Origin: a virus
Lineage: Duplodnaviria > Caudoviricetes
IMG/VR virus record: IMGVR_UViG_3300038608_000010
Span: 1 to 36,898 of that record
Length of the DNA stretch: 36,898 nt
Reading direction: 5' to 3' (one strand)
The position numbers and the translations under genes were made by a program. The notes beneath the pieces were generated by a model. That model was not told the origin of the DNA and did not search any database. It was given only the letters and a program-made list of their open reading frames with translations. This document shows, piece after piece, positions 15,398-24,547 of this stretch. Every line of letters starts with the position of its first letter. Position 1 is the first letter of the stretch.

Positions 15398-16236
15398 GCA
15401 TCCACCAGCGCCAGATCGTAAAAGCAGGATGCGAGGGTGTCATTCTGGTTCGCGCTACAGGTGAATTTGATATCGGTCTTGGCCGCCAGCACGCTCGGCG
15501 CGAATAATTCAACGGTGACGAAGCTGCTGGAGCTGGTGGAAAGTTCTACGCGTTCGGCCAGCTGGAAGACGCCGCCGAATGGCCGCAGCCACGCCTTGAT
15601 TTCCGCATTCTTGTCGGTGCCCGCCGCCTTGCCGATGGAGAGCGACGCCGACATAAAGAACGCGTTCTTGCCCAGGGGCACCGTGAAATGCGAACCTCTG
15701 GAGCGGGCTTCGCCGATCTGGATGGCGCCTTGTGTCGCGGCCGTCGTCACCGAAGGCTTGACGGTGATGGTGCCGGCATTGGTCGCGCCACTTCCGGCCG
15801 TGGCCACCGATAGCCGGTGTAGTCGGATATAGCTATTTGCCGTGGTGACTTGGGTCGTGCCATTCATCGTCACCGTTTCGGAGATTTCGGCGTAGGTGCT
15901 GTCCAAGCCTTCGACAATGACCGTCCGCGCCCCCGTCCCCGCCGAGGTATCATTGGCGCTGGAGGATTCCACCGTCAGTGTTTCCACCGAGGCCAAGTAG
16001 GTTAGGGCGCCGCCGACGTTCCAGATGTCTTCTTCTGCTGCCATATCCACATCGGCATTCGAGCCCGAGCCACGGAACCTAGCCCATCCCGGAATCAGGC
16101 CCTTGGAGAGCATGATCGGGAAATGGTGCATCGTTCCGATCGCCGATTGGCTATAGCCGAGGGTGAAGCGGGTTCTGCCGGAGGCCGAGGCAATCGATGC
16201 CAGGGCGCTGGCGATTTCTTCCCACGGCTTAGCCAA
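15394..16236 (-). CDS. virion structural protein (beta-rich)
   Basis: SSSANDTSAGTGARTV.VEGLD motif, seen in phage virion proteins. Confidence 0.65.
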   Translation of the reverse strand: MAKPWEEIASALASIASASGRTRFTLGYSQSAIGTMHHFPIMLSKGLIPGWARFRGSGSNADVDMAAEEDIWNVGGALTYLASVETLTVESSSANDTSAGTGARTVIVEGLDSTYAEISETVTMNGTTQVTTANSYIRLHRLSVATAGSGATNAGTITVKPSVTTAATQGAIQIGEARSRGSHFTVPLGKNAFFMSASLSIGKAAGTDKNAEIKAWLRPFGGVFQLAERVELSTSSSSFVTVELFAPSVLAAKTDIKFTCSANQNDTLASCFYDLALVDA

Positions 16237-16564
16237 CGGGGTACTCCGTGCCGGTCACGCGGACGGAAATTACGTCCACTGCACTGGATACCGCGATGAT
16301 CTTCTCGCCGGAGTTCATACTCTGTCCGATGATGCCGTAGATATCGATGGTGTCATTAGGGGCGATGGATTGAAGGAACCGTTTGGTCGCATTGGTCGCG
16401 CTGGCGCCGAGCCAGATCGTTAGGGTGCGGGCCGTGGTATCGGTGTTATGGGCCGTTGCGGCAGTAATCACCGTCCGCGTATCACCGGTAACGGTGTAGA
16501 CATCCTCGTTCGAGGAATTGATGAGTTCTCCGACTTCAATCGGTTTGGGAGGATTCAGCGCCAT
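16229..16564 (-). CDS. small virion protein
   Basis: Synteny; beta-rich 111 aa. Confidence 0.65.
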   Translation of the reverse strand: MALNPPKPIEVGELINSSNEDVYTVTGDTRTVITAATAHNTDTTARTLTIWLGASATNATKRFLQSIAPNDTIDIYGIIGQSMNSGEKIIAVSSAVDVISVRVTGTEYPVG

Positions 16565-16881
16565 TATTGCCTCGCGATCAATTCAGAGACGTAGCCTTCC
16601 AACAGCTGCACGCGCTGTTTCAGGTCGTTATAGGTGGTGGGTTCAATGTGCTGTTCCGGCTTGCGGACTGATTGCTGAGCCAGGATGTTCAGCACCATCG
16701 CGCCGAAGGCATTGGAGAACATGTCGATCTCGCCATCCGACGCTTCTCCGCCGACTCTGGCAACCAAGGCTTGAAGGGCTCTAAGAAATTCGCGGGTGGC
16801 GTAGACCGGCGCCGAATCCTTGCCGACTTTGGCCGATCCGATGGGGATGCGTTCCGGAAAGAGGATGACGGGATCAGTCAC
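16564..16881 (-). CDS. hypothetical virion protein
   Basis: Directly follows the gp10-like gene. Confidence 0.6.
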   Translation of the reverse strand: MTDPVILFPERIPIGSAKVGKDSAPVYATREFLRALQALVARVGGEASDGEIDMFSNAFGAMVLNILAQQSVRKPEQHIEPTTYNDLKQRVQLLEGYVSELIARQ

Positions 16882-18296
16882 GTCTCACCTACGGTGGCGT
16901 TCACCGAGGCGCCATAGACGATGAACTTGACCGGATCCGTGAGCGAGATTTCCCATACTCGGGAACGTCCGGCTCCCAGCCGGTTCCACTTGCAGCGAGA
17001 GCCGTATTCGCCGATTTTTCCAACGGTGGCGGTCAGCTCGTTGCTCCATGTGTTCCCGCGATCATTGGAAAATCGCAGCATCATCACCGGGTCGGAGCCC
17101 TGTCCCGTCGCCAGTCCGACGCCGGCTTCCAGATCCAGTTGCAGCGAGTGATAAAACACCCGCTTCAGATCATTGTCATCCGCCACCGTGGACCGCAACC
17201 GCTTGATTGTGGCGCCGTTGTCAGTGTAGGTGTCGAGGTCCAGCGCGTAGAGTTTGCCGTTCTCGTAGTCTCCGACGATGTGTTCGCCGTTGAAGAATGC
17301 AACGCAATTGGAGCGGTGGCGCTTGAACGCGCCGTTGGAGAATGCCAGCCACTCGTGCCATTCTTCCGTTGCCGCGTCGTAGACCCACGTCGCATCAGCC
17401 GTAGGGAAGACGAGCACATAGAACGAATGGCCTTCGATCTGGTAGGTGTAGGCGAAGGCGTCAGAAATGGTGGAATAGCCGCCAATGGCGAATTCCACGC
17501 CGTGGGTCGAGATACGCACCGGGCGATAACCGTCGGCACGCCAGACGGTTCCGTTCCCGCGCTTGTCGCCGCCCAACCAGATGATGGTGTTATCAAGCTT
17601 TACCAAGGACATCGGTGCGACGATGCCGGTCTCCATGAATGCATTGCCCGAGCGTTCAATCGGGAACGTGGCGTTGCCGGTGTTGTACCAAACCTCGCCA
17701 GAGTTCGAGCCGAACAGGAACAATTCGCGGTGATCGACAATTCCGGATGTGAGGTTGTCGGGAGCGGCTTCCGCCGAGGCGAACTCGGTTCCCACCCAGA
17801 TCGTGCCATCGGCAAGTTCGGAGATGTAGAACCGTTCCGTCCCATCGCCGCCAACGATGAAATAGTTATCGAGATAGTCGCCCCACGTCACCCCATCAGG
17901 GAAGTCCGTGTCGGCAATCGTCGTCAGGCTCGCCGCTGCGACATTGATGATATAGCCCGACACACCGTCCACGATAAGGATTTGCGTGCGGTTTGCCGTC
18001 ATCGATACACGGCCGGTTGCCGAGCCAATCGTGCCAAGCAAGGTCGAGGTAAACCCAGTCGAAACCTTATAGACCTCGTTTCCGGAAACAACGTAGTTGA
18101 AGCTATCGACGACGATTTCCCCCCGGATCGGACCAGTGCCAACGGTTGCGCGCAGAATCAACCCGGGGGTTCCGTAGAGCGTCGCTTCGGTGCGGCCGCC
18201 ACGTTCCGTGCGTTCGAGAAAGCAATTCACCGAGCGCTGTGCGGATTGGCCGACGCCGCGCGTGCGATAGGCGGGGCCGATAAAGGGCAGACGCAT
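16878..18296 (-). CDS. packaged DNA stabilization protein / tail hub (P22 gp10-like)
   Basis: 472 aa; LYGTPGL, FASAEAAPDN, TWVYDAATEEWHE and GEYGSRCKWNRLG motifs. Confidence 0.9.
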   Translation of the reverse strand: MRLPFIGPAYRTRGVGQSAQRSVNCFLERTERGGRTEATLYGTPGLILRATVGTGPIRGEIVVDSFNYVVSGNEVYKVSTGFTSTLLGTIGSATGRVSMTANRTQILIVDGVSGYIINVAAASLTTIADTDFPDGVTWGDYLDNYFIVGGDGTERFYISELADGTIWVGTEFASAEAAPDNLTSGIVDHRELFLFGSNSGEVWYNTGNATFPIERSGNAFMETGIVAPMSLVKLDNTIIWLGGDKRGNGTVWRADGYRPVRISTHGVEFAIGGYSTISDAFAYTYQIEGHSFYVLVFPTADATWVYDAATEEWHEWLAFSNGAFKRHRSNCVAFFNGEHIVGDYENGKLYALDLDTYTDNGATIKRLRSTVADDNDLKRVFYHSLQLDLEAGVGLATGQGSDPVMMLRFSNDRGNTWSNELTATVGKIGEYGSRCKWNRLGAGRSRVWEISLTDPVKFIVYGASVNATVGET

Positions 18297-18652
18297 TAGA
18301 AGTACGTCGCCTCAACCGGCGCGTCGTCGCTACCTGGCAGTACCGACCGGCGCAGGGTGCGAATCCCGTCCGCCCACAGCTCCGGGCCGACCTGCCGCCC
18401 GAATTTCCGCCCGACCCGAAACCCCACCATGTCAATCAGGGCATGGAACATGCGGGCCGGGATTACGCTATCACCGGACCCCGCGCCAGCGCTGAAGGTC
18501 AGGATGCTTTCGTCCTCCAGATACTCCAGAAGATTTTGAATGGCGTTATCCACCACCACGGCATCATTGCCGCTGGCGGTTTCTCCCGCCGCAAGCACGC
18601 CAAGGTCGATCAGCGCTTCGTTACGAAGGTCGATCTTGCTGCGATTGGTCAT
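18296..18652 (-). CDS. head-tail adaptor (P22 gp4-like)
   Basis: EALIDLGVLAAGETAS motif; directly upstream of the gp10-like gene. Confidence 0.75.
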   Translation of the reverse strand: MTNRSKIDLRNEALIDLGVLAAGETASGNDAVVVDNAIQNLLEYLEDESILTFSAGAGSGDSVIPARMFHALIDMVGFRVGRKFGRQVGPELWADGIRTLRRSVLPGSDDAPVEATYF

Positions 18653-19398
18653 TTCAGCACCACCGTTTCCGTGAGACTGACTTCAATGCCGGCTTCCACC
18701 GCTCTGGCGACCTTGGCCATGCGCTCATAGGCTTGCAGCGCCCCGGAGTGAATGCGGATGGAGTCTTCCAGCTGCTTGATCTGTGCTTCCTTCTCCGCGA
18801 CCTTCTGGCTGTGCATCTGCGCCAGCTCGCGGAAGGCGTGCTCGGTGAAGGGAGGCTTGGCAAAGTCCGGCTTGCCGCCGCCGTTACGGCCCTCGACATA
18901 GGTCGATTTTCCAACCGGCGACACCGGCGGGATCGTCACCTTGATCCCCCGGCCCTTGGCAAAGCCAACCCAAGCTTCCAGGCATGGGCGCTGCCAGAAA
19001 TATTCGTGGTCATCGACACTCATATCCGAGCCATAGACGCCGATTTCCGTCGCACCTTTCAAGATGGCGAGCGCCATCATGTAGGCTGTGGAACTGGTCA
19101 GATACTCCGCGCCGTAGAGTTCATGTGAGGCCTTGAACGGGAAAGTCTCCACATGCTCGGCCGTGACGGGGAACGATGCCCCGACCGTCATCGGAATCTT
19201 CTGCGCGACCAGCCATCGAGCGTAGGCGAGAGCATCGCCGTGCTCGCTGAGGTCGTCGTGAATCTCGAAGATGCGGCTGACTCTGCGCCCAGCATGTCGA
19301 TCAAGCCGATTGCCGAGCACCCAGATTTCCCACTCAGGCTCGGCGAAGGGGGCCAAGTCACAGGACGACGGGGCGCCGCAGACGATGGCGATCTTCAC
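18649..19398 (-). CDS. Rossmann-like enzyme (sialyltransferase/DUF115-like, tentative) with coiled-coil tail
   Basis: KIAIVCGAPS...EIWVLGN and SSTAYMMALAILKGATEIGVYGSDM. Confidence 0.55.
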   Translation of the reverse strand: MKIAIVCGAPSSCDLAPFAEPEWEIWVLGNRLDRHAGRRVSRIFEIHDDLSEHGDALAYARWLVAQKIPMTVGASFPVTAEHVETFPFKASHELYGAEYLTSSTAYMMALAILKGATEIGVYGSDMSVDDHEYFWQRPCLEAWVGFAKGRGIKVTIPPVSPVGKSTYVEGRNGGGKPDFAKPPFTEHAFRELAQMHSQKVAEKEAQIKQLEDSIRIHSGALQAYERMAKVARAVEAGIEVSLTETVVLK

Positions 19399-19955
19399 CA
19401 GTTCAATTCCTTGATACAGCCATTGATGCCGTGATGGAAACCATCCGGCAGTAAGTGGGACAGCGTGTCCAGGTCGCCGAAATCCTGCTTCAATAATGGA
19501 AGGTACATCGGCCGTTTCTGCACGATCACACTGACGTTGTAGCCATAGCTCTTGATCGATGCATCACGGCAGTTGAAGCCCGCCAGGACCAGTTGATACA
19601 GCAGAATCCCTGCATTCCACAGCGTGACGTGACCGCCGACGATCTCGTCCTTACGGGGCGGAACCGTCACCGCCAGCCAGCCGCCCCACTTCAGGTCGGC
19701 ATGGCACTTGTCCAGAAATGCCCCGGGATTGCGCTGGTGTTCCAGGACGTGACAGACCCACAGGCAGTCGAATTTCCCGAGGTCTGATTTCAGATAGTCG
19801 CCGACGTGATCCGCCGGAGGCTGTAGGTTGATCGTAGTAACCCGTTTCCCGGCATCGGCCAGGGCTTTGGCATAACAGCCATCACCAGAGCCGATGTCGA
19901 GAACGGTTTCAAAGTTGCGGCGCAACAACGCCGTCAGCGTTTCCTGCGCCTTCAC
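19395..19955 (-). CDS. class I SAM-dependent methyltransferase
   Basis: VLDIGSGDG and FDCLWVCHVLEH...LKWGGWLAVTVP. Confidence 0.9.
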   Translation of the reverse strand: MKAQETLTALLRRNFETVLDIGSGDGCYAKALADAGKRVTTINLQPPADHVGDYLKSDLGKFDCLWVCHVLEHQRNPGAFLDKCHADLKWGGWLAVTVPPRKDEIVGGHVTLWNAGILLYQLVLAGFNCRDASIKSYGYNVSVIVQKRPMYLPLLKQDFGDLDTLSHLLPDGFHHGINGCIKELNW

Positions 19956-19957
19956 CT

Positions 19958-20446
19958 TTAGTCGAGCGCGTAGAGGATTTCGCAGGACACCGTACCGGTC
20001 GCCGTGGTGGCGGCGTCACGGATGGTGCCCTTGACGATCAGCTCGCCGCCCGGATCGGTGGTCTGTCCGTTGACGAACTCCCACGCTCGTTTGCCGGCGT
20101 TGGCGAAGTCCTTGACGACGAACTCGCCGGCCTTTGCGGTGGACACCGCCGAGACCGCGAGACCATCATTCAGGGCGTCGTCATCCGCCGTGATGTTGGC
20201 ATTGACCGGAAACAGGCCAATATCCAGCGTCGGCGAACCGGAAGTCGCAAGGTCATCGAAGTACACGCGCGACGCCTGCAGGATGCGCGCATTCGACGGG
20301 ATGCGGAAGAAAGTGACCGTTGACGAGGAATCCGATGCGGCGACTTCCTGCGTCGCCACTCGGTGCTTGACGCCGCCGCCGCCGTAATTGGTGGTCTGGC
20401 CGGTGACGTTGACCCGCTCAGTCGCGGTGTAGGTGTTGACAGCCAT
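19958..20446 (-). CDS. capsid decoration/cement-like protein
   Basis: Immediately after the major capsid gene; RIPSNARI...TLDIG. Confidence 0.65.
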   Translation of the reverse strand: MAVNTYTATERVNVTGQTTNYGGGGVKHRVATQEVAASDSSSTVTFFRIPSNARILQASRVYFDDLATSGSPTLDIGLFPVNANITADDDALNDGLAVSAVSTAKAGEFVVKDFANAGKRAWEFVNGQTTDPGGELIVKGTIRDAATTATGTVSCEILYALD

Positions 20447-20458
20447 GGTTTGCTCCCT

Positions 20459-21601
20459 TTACTCGACGTGGCTGGTGTAGTGGGTGAAGACGCCCCACTG
20501 CTTGTTGTTCGCATAGTTCTTGCGAACCCCGCGCATTTCCATCACGCCGACGCCCTTGCGGAACTGGTAGTCGGTGCCGCCTTCCTGATTGACGGTGGAT
20601 TTGACGCGCTGCGCCCATGCCAAACCCAAGCCCTGCGCGCCGCAGAGGAAGCCCGGGGCCACGTCGATGCTGCCGGCGCCGACGTTGTTGATGTACGGCA
20701 ACTCCGGGATTTCGGTGACGATCACGCCGTCATACACCGCATCACCGCCGCGCATCAACGGGTTGCCTTCGCTGTTGCCCATCATCGGCACGCCACGCAC
20801 CCAGCTTTCACGGGTGGCCTGCGAGAAGGTCGAATCGGCCTTGAGGTTGCGATAGGCGATGGAGTTGGCGAAGTAGATGAACCACTCCTCCTGCCCCTTG
20901 GTCTTCACCGGCCGGATACGGCTGTCGGCCTTCTTCGCCAGACGCTTGGCTAGCGACAGGGTCGTCGCTGTGAGCTTGTCGGCGGTGTCATCGATGTTGG
21001 CCAGCGAAGCCGAATGGTCATTGCTGGAGTTGTTGGACACGGCCGCACCGAACAGCACGCGGTCGCTGTTGTTGGCCGTCCAGCTGTCCTTGACCGCCTC
21101 GGTCGCGTCGCGGTACATCGAATAGGTCGTGCCGTCGTAGAACGACATGAGGTTGTCGATGATGCCGAACTTGCCGGAGGTGGCGTCGGTCGAGGCTTCG
21201 TCGGTGGAACCGCCGCCGCGGAGCTTTTCCATGGCCCAGAACTTCAGCATCTCCCGGCCAGCATTGCGCAGGTCGATGGCGTTCTTCTGCTCCTCGAAGT
21301 CCGTCACAACGACGGCATTGCGGAGCACGTCCACGGGGATTTCAAAGCCGTAGTTATCGAGGGCTTCCTCGTTGCCTTCCAGCACCGAATTGCCGGTAAC
21401 GCCGGAATTGGTCAGGCGGGTAACGAAGGGCAGGACGATACGGTCGCCCTTCTTCTTGGTCAGATCCTCTTTGACTTGGATGATGGAATTCATCGCCGTG
21501 CCCATGTACGGCGAGAACTGATTGTCACGGACGTATTCCGCGAAGAACTCATCCTCCCACTGCTTAACGGTCAGTGCGGAGGGGGTGGTAGTGTCAGCCA
21601 T
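20459..21601 (-). CDS. major capsid protein (DUF4043 / N4-gp56-like)
   Basis: DLTKKKGDRI, LEGNEEAL, DLRNAGREML and GAQGLGLAW motifs; follows the scaffold. Confidence 0.9.
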   Translation of the reverse strand: MADTTTPSALTVKQWEDEFFAEYVRDNQFSPYMGTAMNSIIQVKEDLTKKKGDRIVLPFVTRLTNSGVTGNSVLEGNEEALDNYGFEIPVDVLRNAVVVTDFEEQKNAIDLRNAGREMLKFWAMEKLRGGGSTDEASTDATSGKFGIIDNLMSFYDGTTYSMYRDATEAVKDSWTANNSDRVLFGAAVSNNSSNDHSASLANIDDTADKLTATTLSLAKRLAKKADSRIRPVKTKGQEEWFIYFANSIAYRNLKADSTFSQATRESWVRGVPMMGNSEGNPLMRGGDAVYDGVIVTEIPELPYINNVGAGSIDVAPGFLCGAQGLGLAWAQRVKSTVNQEGGTDYQFRKGVGVMEMRGVRKNYANNKQWGVFTHYTSHVE

Positions 21602-21604
21602 TTG

Positions 21605-22333
21605 TTACCTCTTGAGAATGGAGTCGAGACTGCTGGGCCCTGACCATGCGGGCGTGGATTCCACGCGGCCACCATGGGCAGAGGCCAAGCTGGGGGGAGG
21701 GGTCGGTCGCTGGTACTTCTGCGCAATCTCCTGCTCGACCTTCGCGCGAATCTCCGCTTCCTTCTGGCTGATCCACGTATCGGGATCGTCGCCCATCTCC
21801 TTCGTCAGCTTCTGCGACTTCGCCCACTTCATCAGCCACCCGTAGGGGTTGCGTTCGGAATAGAGCTTGTTCACGAGGGCCGGGTCTTGCTGTGCCGCCT
21901 GTCCGAAAAGCTCCTGGGCTTCCTCCACCGCTTCATCGCCGTGCTTGTCACGGACCATTGATTCGGAGAGGTTTAGGCGCTCATTGAGCAAGCTGGACTG
22001 CAAGGTCTGCTGGAGGTGGGCTTGATACCCGTTCGGGTCTTCCTGAAGGTTGGGCGGAGGATTGCGCTGGGTCTCAAGCTCTTGGAGCCTGCGTTCCAGT
22101 TCCTGGCGCTTCCGACGTTCCTCCTGAACGGCCTTGAGTGGCACGAATTCAGGATCAGGCTTTCTCTTTTCCGGTGCGGCTGGCGTCTCCGCTTTCGGTT
22201 CCGGCTCGACTTTCGTCTCCACCGTCTCCGTTTCGCCCTTGGCAAAACGCCCCTTATCATCCCGTAGACGTTCAGCCTTCTCGGCTTCGGTCTCGGTGGG
22301 GGTTTCGCCTTTCAGAATCGAGTCAAGTTCCAT
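21605..22333 (-). CDS. capsid scaffolding protein
   Basis: RDDKGRF and VPLKAVQEERRKRQELE; acidic coiled coil directly upstream of the capsid gene. Confidence 0.8.
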   Translation of the reverse strand: MELDSILKGETPTETEAEKAERLRDDKGRFAKGETETVETKVEPEPKAETPAAPEKRKPDPEFVPLKAVQEERRKRQELERRLQELETQRNPPPNLQEDPNGYQAHLQQTLQSSLLNERLNLSESMVRDKHGDEAVEEAQELFGQAAQQDPALVNKLYSERNPYGWLMKWAKSQKLTKEMGDDPDTWISQKEAEIRAKVEQEIAQKYQRPTPPPSLASAHGGRVESTPAWSGPSSLDSILKR

Positions 22334-22346
22334 GATTTCCTTTCCA

Positions 22347-22387
22347 TCGCCCGTCCAGCGGCGTCCTGTTCGCCCGATCTAGCGGCG
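22347..22387 (-). promoter_or_regulatory. tandem repeated hairpin in the scaffold leader
   Basis: CGCCGCTAGATCGGGCGA and CGCCGCTGGACGGGCGA just upstream of the AAAGGA RBS. Confidence 0.45.
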
Positions 22388-22389
22388 GC

Positions 22390-24546
22390 CTATTTCCTCA
22401 CCGTCAAGGCGAGGAGTGCGTCCAAATCTTCTTCAATCACCCTCTGGCGTTCGATGACTTCCGCCATCACGTCCGATGGGGTGAGGTTGATAATCTGTAC
22501 TTCCAGCTGTTGCAGCTTGGGAACGATGGTTTCCAGCCGATGTATTTGCGTTTGCAGCGGTGCCAGGTCCACTTTCTCCACGGCCGCTCTCTGCCGGACT
22601 TGTGTTTCTAGCGTCCGTACCTGCTCGCTGAATTTCTTGTCAAGGTTCCCAAAGCCATGGCTCATCCGACTCAGCAGCGCTGAGGCCATGTCGCCAGACC
22701 CGCCCGTATTCGGCGCCTCATCATGACGGTGGTTGCTGGCGGTCATTTCTCGCGGGGTGTATTCCGCATACGGCGTGCCGCTGATCTTCAGTGTCGCATT
22801 GACCGCAACGATGTCATTCAGGCCCCAGCCGCTGGTGGCATTGAGCGTGGTGATAAAAGTCACCCCGTCCCCGGCATCGGCCATGGTGATGCCCACGGCG
22901 GCCGTCGTCGTGCCGATCCATTCGGCCCATGTCGTGCCGTCCGCCTGCAGGTATTCAAAGCGATCCTGCGCTTCGCTCCAGCGGATCAGTGTCAGCACGA
23001 CGGTGCCGGTATCCGGTGTTAGACGCTTGCGCGTCTCAGTGCTGAACGCCGTCACCGTGGCCTTGAGCCGGTCGCCGGGTTCCAGATGCCGGCCCGACGA
23101 ACCTGGACCGGCCTGCCCCAGGTACACCACCACCCGCACCCGAGGATCAACCGCCAGCAGCGTGTAAACGTCGGTGCTATTGACCAGATGCGTGTCGGCG
23201 TCGATATCTGACGGCGCCGTCACATCAACGGTTTTGTTCCAAGTGCCGCCGGGCTTGGAGGCGGTCCAGTCCAGACGCCCGCTGACTCCAGCCTGGCTGT
23301 CCTGCGTGCTGGTGGTGTCGCTGGCGGTGATGGTCGTTCCCGCTGCAACCGGGTCCAGCGTCTGCGTTACTGAAAGGCTGTTAACCCCTTCGGTTCTGGC
23401 ATTCTTGATGATGGTCCACAGAAACCCGCTCTGCGTCGCCAGCATCTGGTTGGTGTTGTCGTCCTTGGACAACCCGAACACATCATCGTCGGTCTGGAAG
23501 TGATGCGTGCAGGTCAGTCGCGGATCGATCGTCAGGCCGCCCGCATCCCGTACCTGAGATTCGCTGACCTGCGTATAGGCCGCATCGTGACTGTTGTCGA
23601 AGATGATCCATGACCGCTGCGAGGCTGTTAGGCCGTTGACCGTGGCAACGCCATCTAGGCCGGGTTTCTGCCCTGCCGGCGTGCTGGCGTTGCCGAGCGT
23701 GGCGTTGATTCCGACCTGCAGGAAATGATCCGCTGACGCCGCCGCAAAGACCTCATCAACGTTGTAGGTGCCGGTGATCGTGCCCGTGCTATTCGGCGTT
23801 ACATCGACAGACTTCTTGACCGTCGACCCGGCCGCATCCGTGGTAACGGCCAGCCGGACCTGCTTCGAGTTGATGAAGTTCGTCCCACTGGTCGATGGAT
23901 CGAGATTCAGCGTAATTGTCGGCTGGTCGGGATAGGCTTGATTGTCGGCTGGCGAGACCGTCAGGCCAGAGGCCGGCAGCTTTGCCCGTCTCCCGACCCA
24001 GCCGTCACGTTTGGTGGTGATCGTTTCGCCGATGACGGCGCCGCCGTAGGCTTCGCTGCCATCGGAATCCGCGTGGAACTGCTGCGATGGCGCGCTGGTA
24101 TCGACTCCCGCGCGGCGCCGGCAATTCGAGACCGTGCGCCCGGAAATCACCACCAACCGCATGGTTCCGGCCTTGGTGAGCGCGGCATTCAGAGCTGCGA
24201 CGCCGGAGCCGTCGCCGAGCACGAAGGTCTGGCCGCCAACGACGTCGGCAGCGCCAATATCGCGGTAGGCCAAGACTCCAGCACTGAGCGCGGTCTCGGC
24301 AACATTGGTAAAATCACCATTGACGTCGGTGTTGTCCTCCACCAGCGCCAGCGCCATCTGGATGCCGCCGCTGTTGGTTCCCGTGGAGACCATCGAGACG
24401 CTAACCGTGGTGCCGGCGATATGACCCGCCGGATACGTCACCGTGGCGCTCAGTTCTGCCCGTTGCCGCGCGCCTTCCAGCGGTGTCAATGCCGAATAGT
24501 CGATCTCCGCCTTGCCGTACTCGATGGATTGCGGGGTTAGCGCCAT
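22390..24546 (-). CDS. large beta-rich protein with C-terminal coiled coil, between portal and scaffold
   Basis: 718 aa; Thr/Gly/Asp-rich; starts 2 bp after the portal stop. Confidence 0.7.
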   Translation of the reverse strand: MALTPQSIEYGKAEIDYSALTPLEGARQRAELSATVTYPAGHIAGTTVSVSMVSTGTNSGGIQMALALVEDNTDVNGDFTNVAETALSAGVLAYRDIGAADVVGGQTFVLGDGSGVAALNAALTKAGTMRLVVISGRTVSNCRRRAGVDTSAPSQQFHADSDGSEAYGGAVIGETITTKRDGWVGRRAKLPASGLTVSPADNQAYPDQPTITLNLDPSTSGTNFINSKQVRLAVTTDAAGSTVKKSVDVTPNSTGTITGTYNVDEVFAAASADHFLQVGINATLGNASTPAGQKPGLDGVATVNGLTASQRSWIIFDNSHDAAYTQVSESQVRDAGGLTIDPRLTCTHHFQTDDDVFGLSKDDNTNQMLATQSGFLWTIIKNARTEGVNSLSVTQTLDPVAAGTTITASDTTSTQDSQAGVSGRLDWTASKPGGTWNKTVDVTAPSDIDADTHLVNSTDVYTLLAVDPRVRVVVYLGQAGPGSSGRHLEPGDRLKATVTAFSTETRKRLTPDTGTVVLTLIRWSEAQDRFEYLQADGTTWAEWIGTTTAAVGITMADAGDGVTFITTLNATSGWGLNDIVAVNATLKISGTPYAEYTPREMTASNHRHDEAPNTGGSGDMASALLSRMSHGFGNLDKKFSEQVRTLETQVRQRAAVEKVDLAPLQTQIHRLETIVPKLQQLEVQIINLTPSDVMAEVIERQRVIEEDLDALLALTVRK

Positions 24547-24547
24547 G

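Noticed and set aside
17139-18299. Long + strand ORFs opposite structural genes (also 24605-25642, 25712-26629, 11975-12913)
   Set aside because: Antisense shadows caused by high-GC codon bias; no recognisable motifs.
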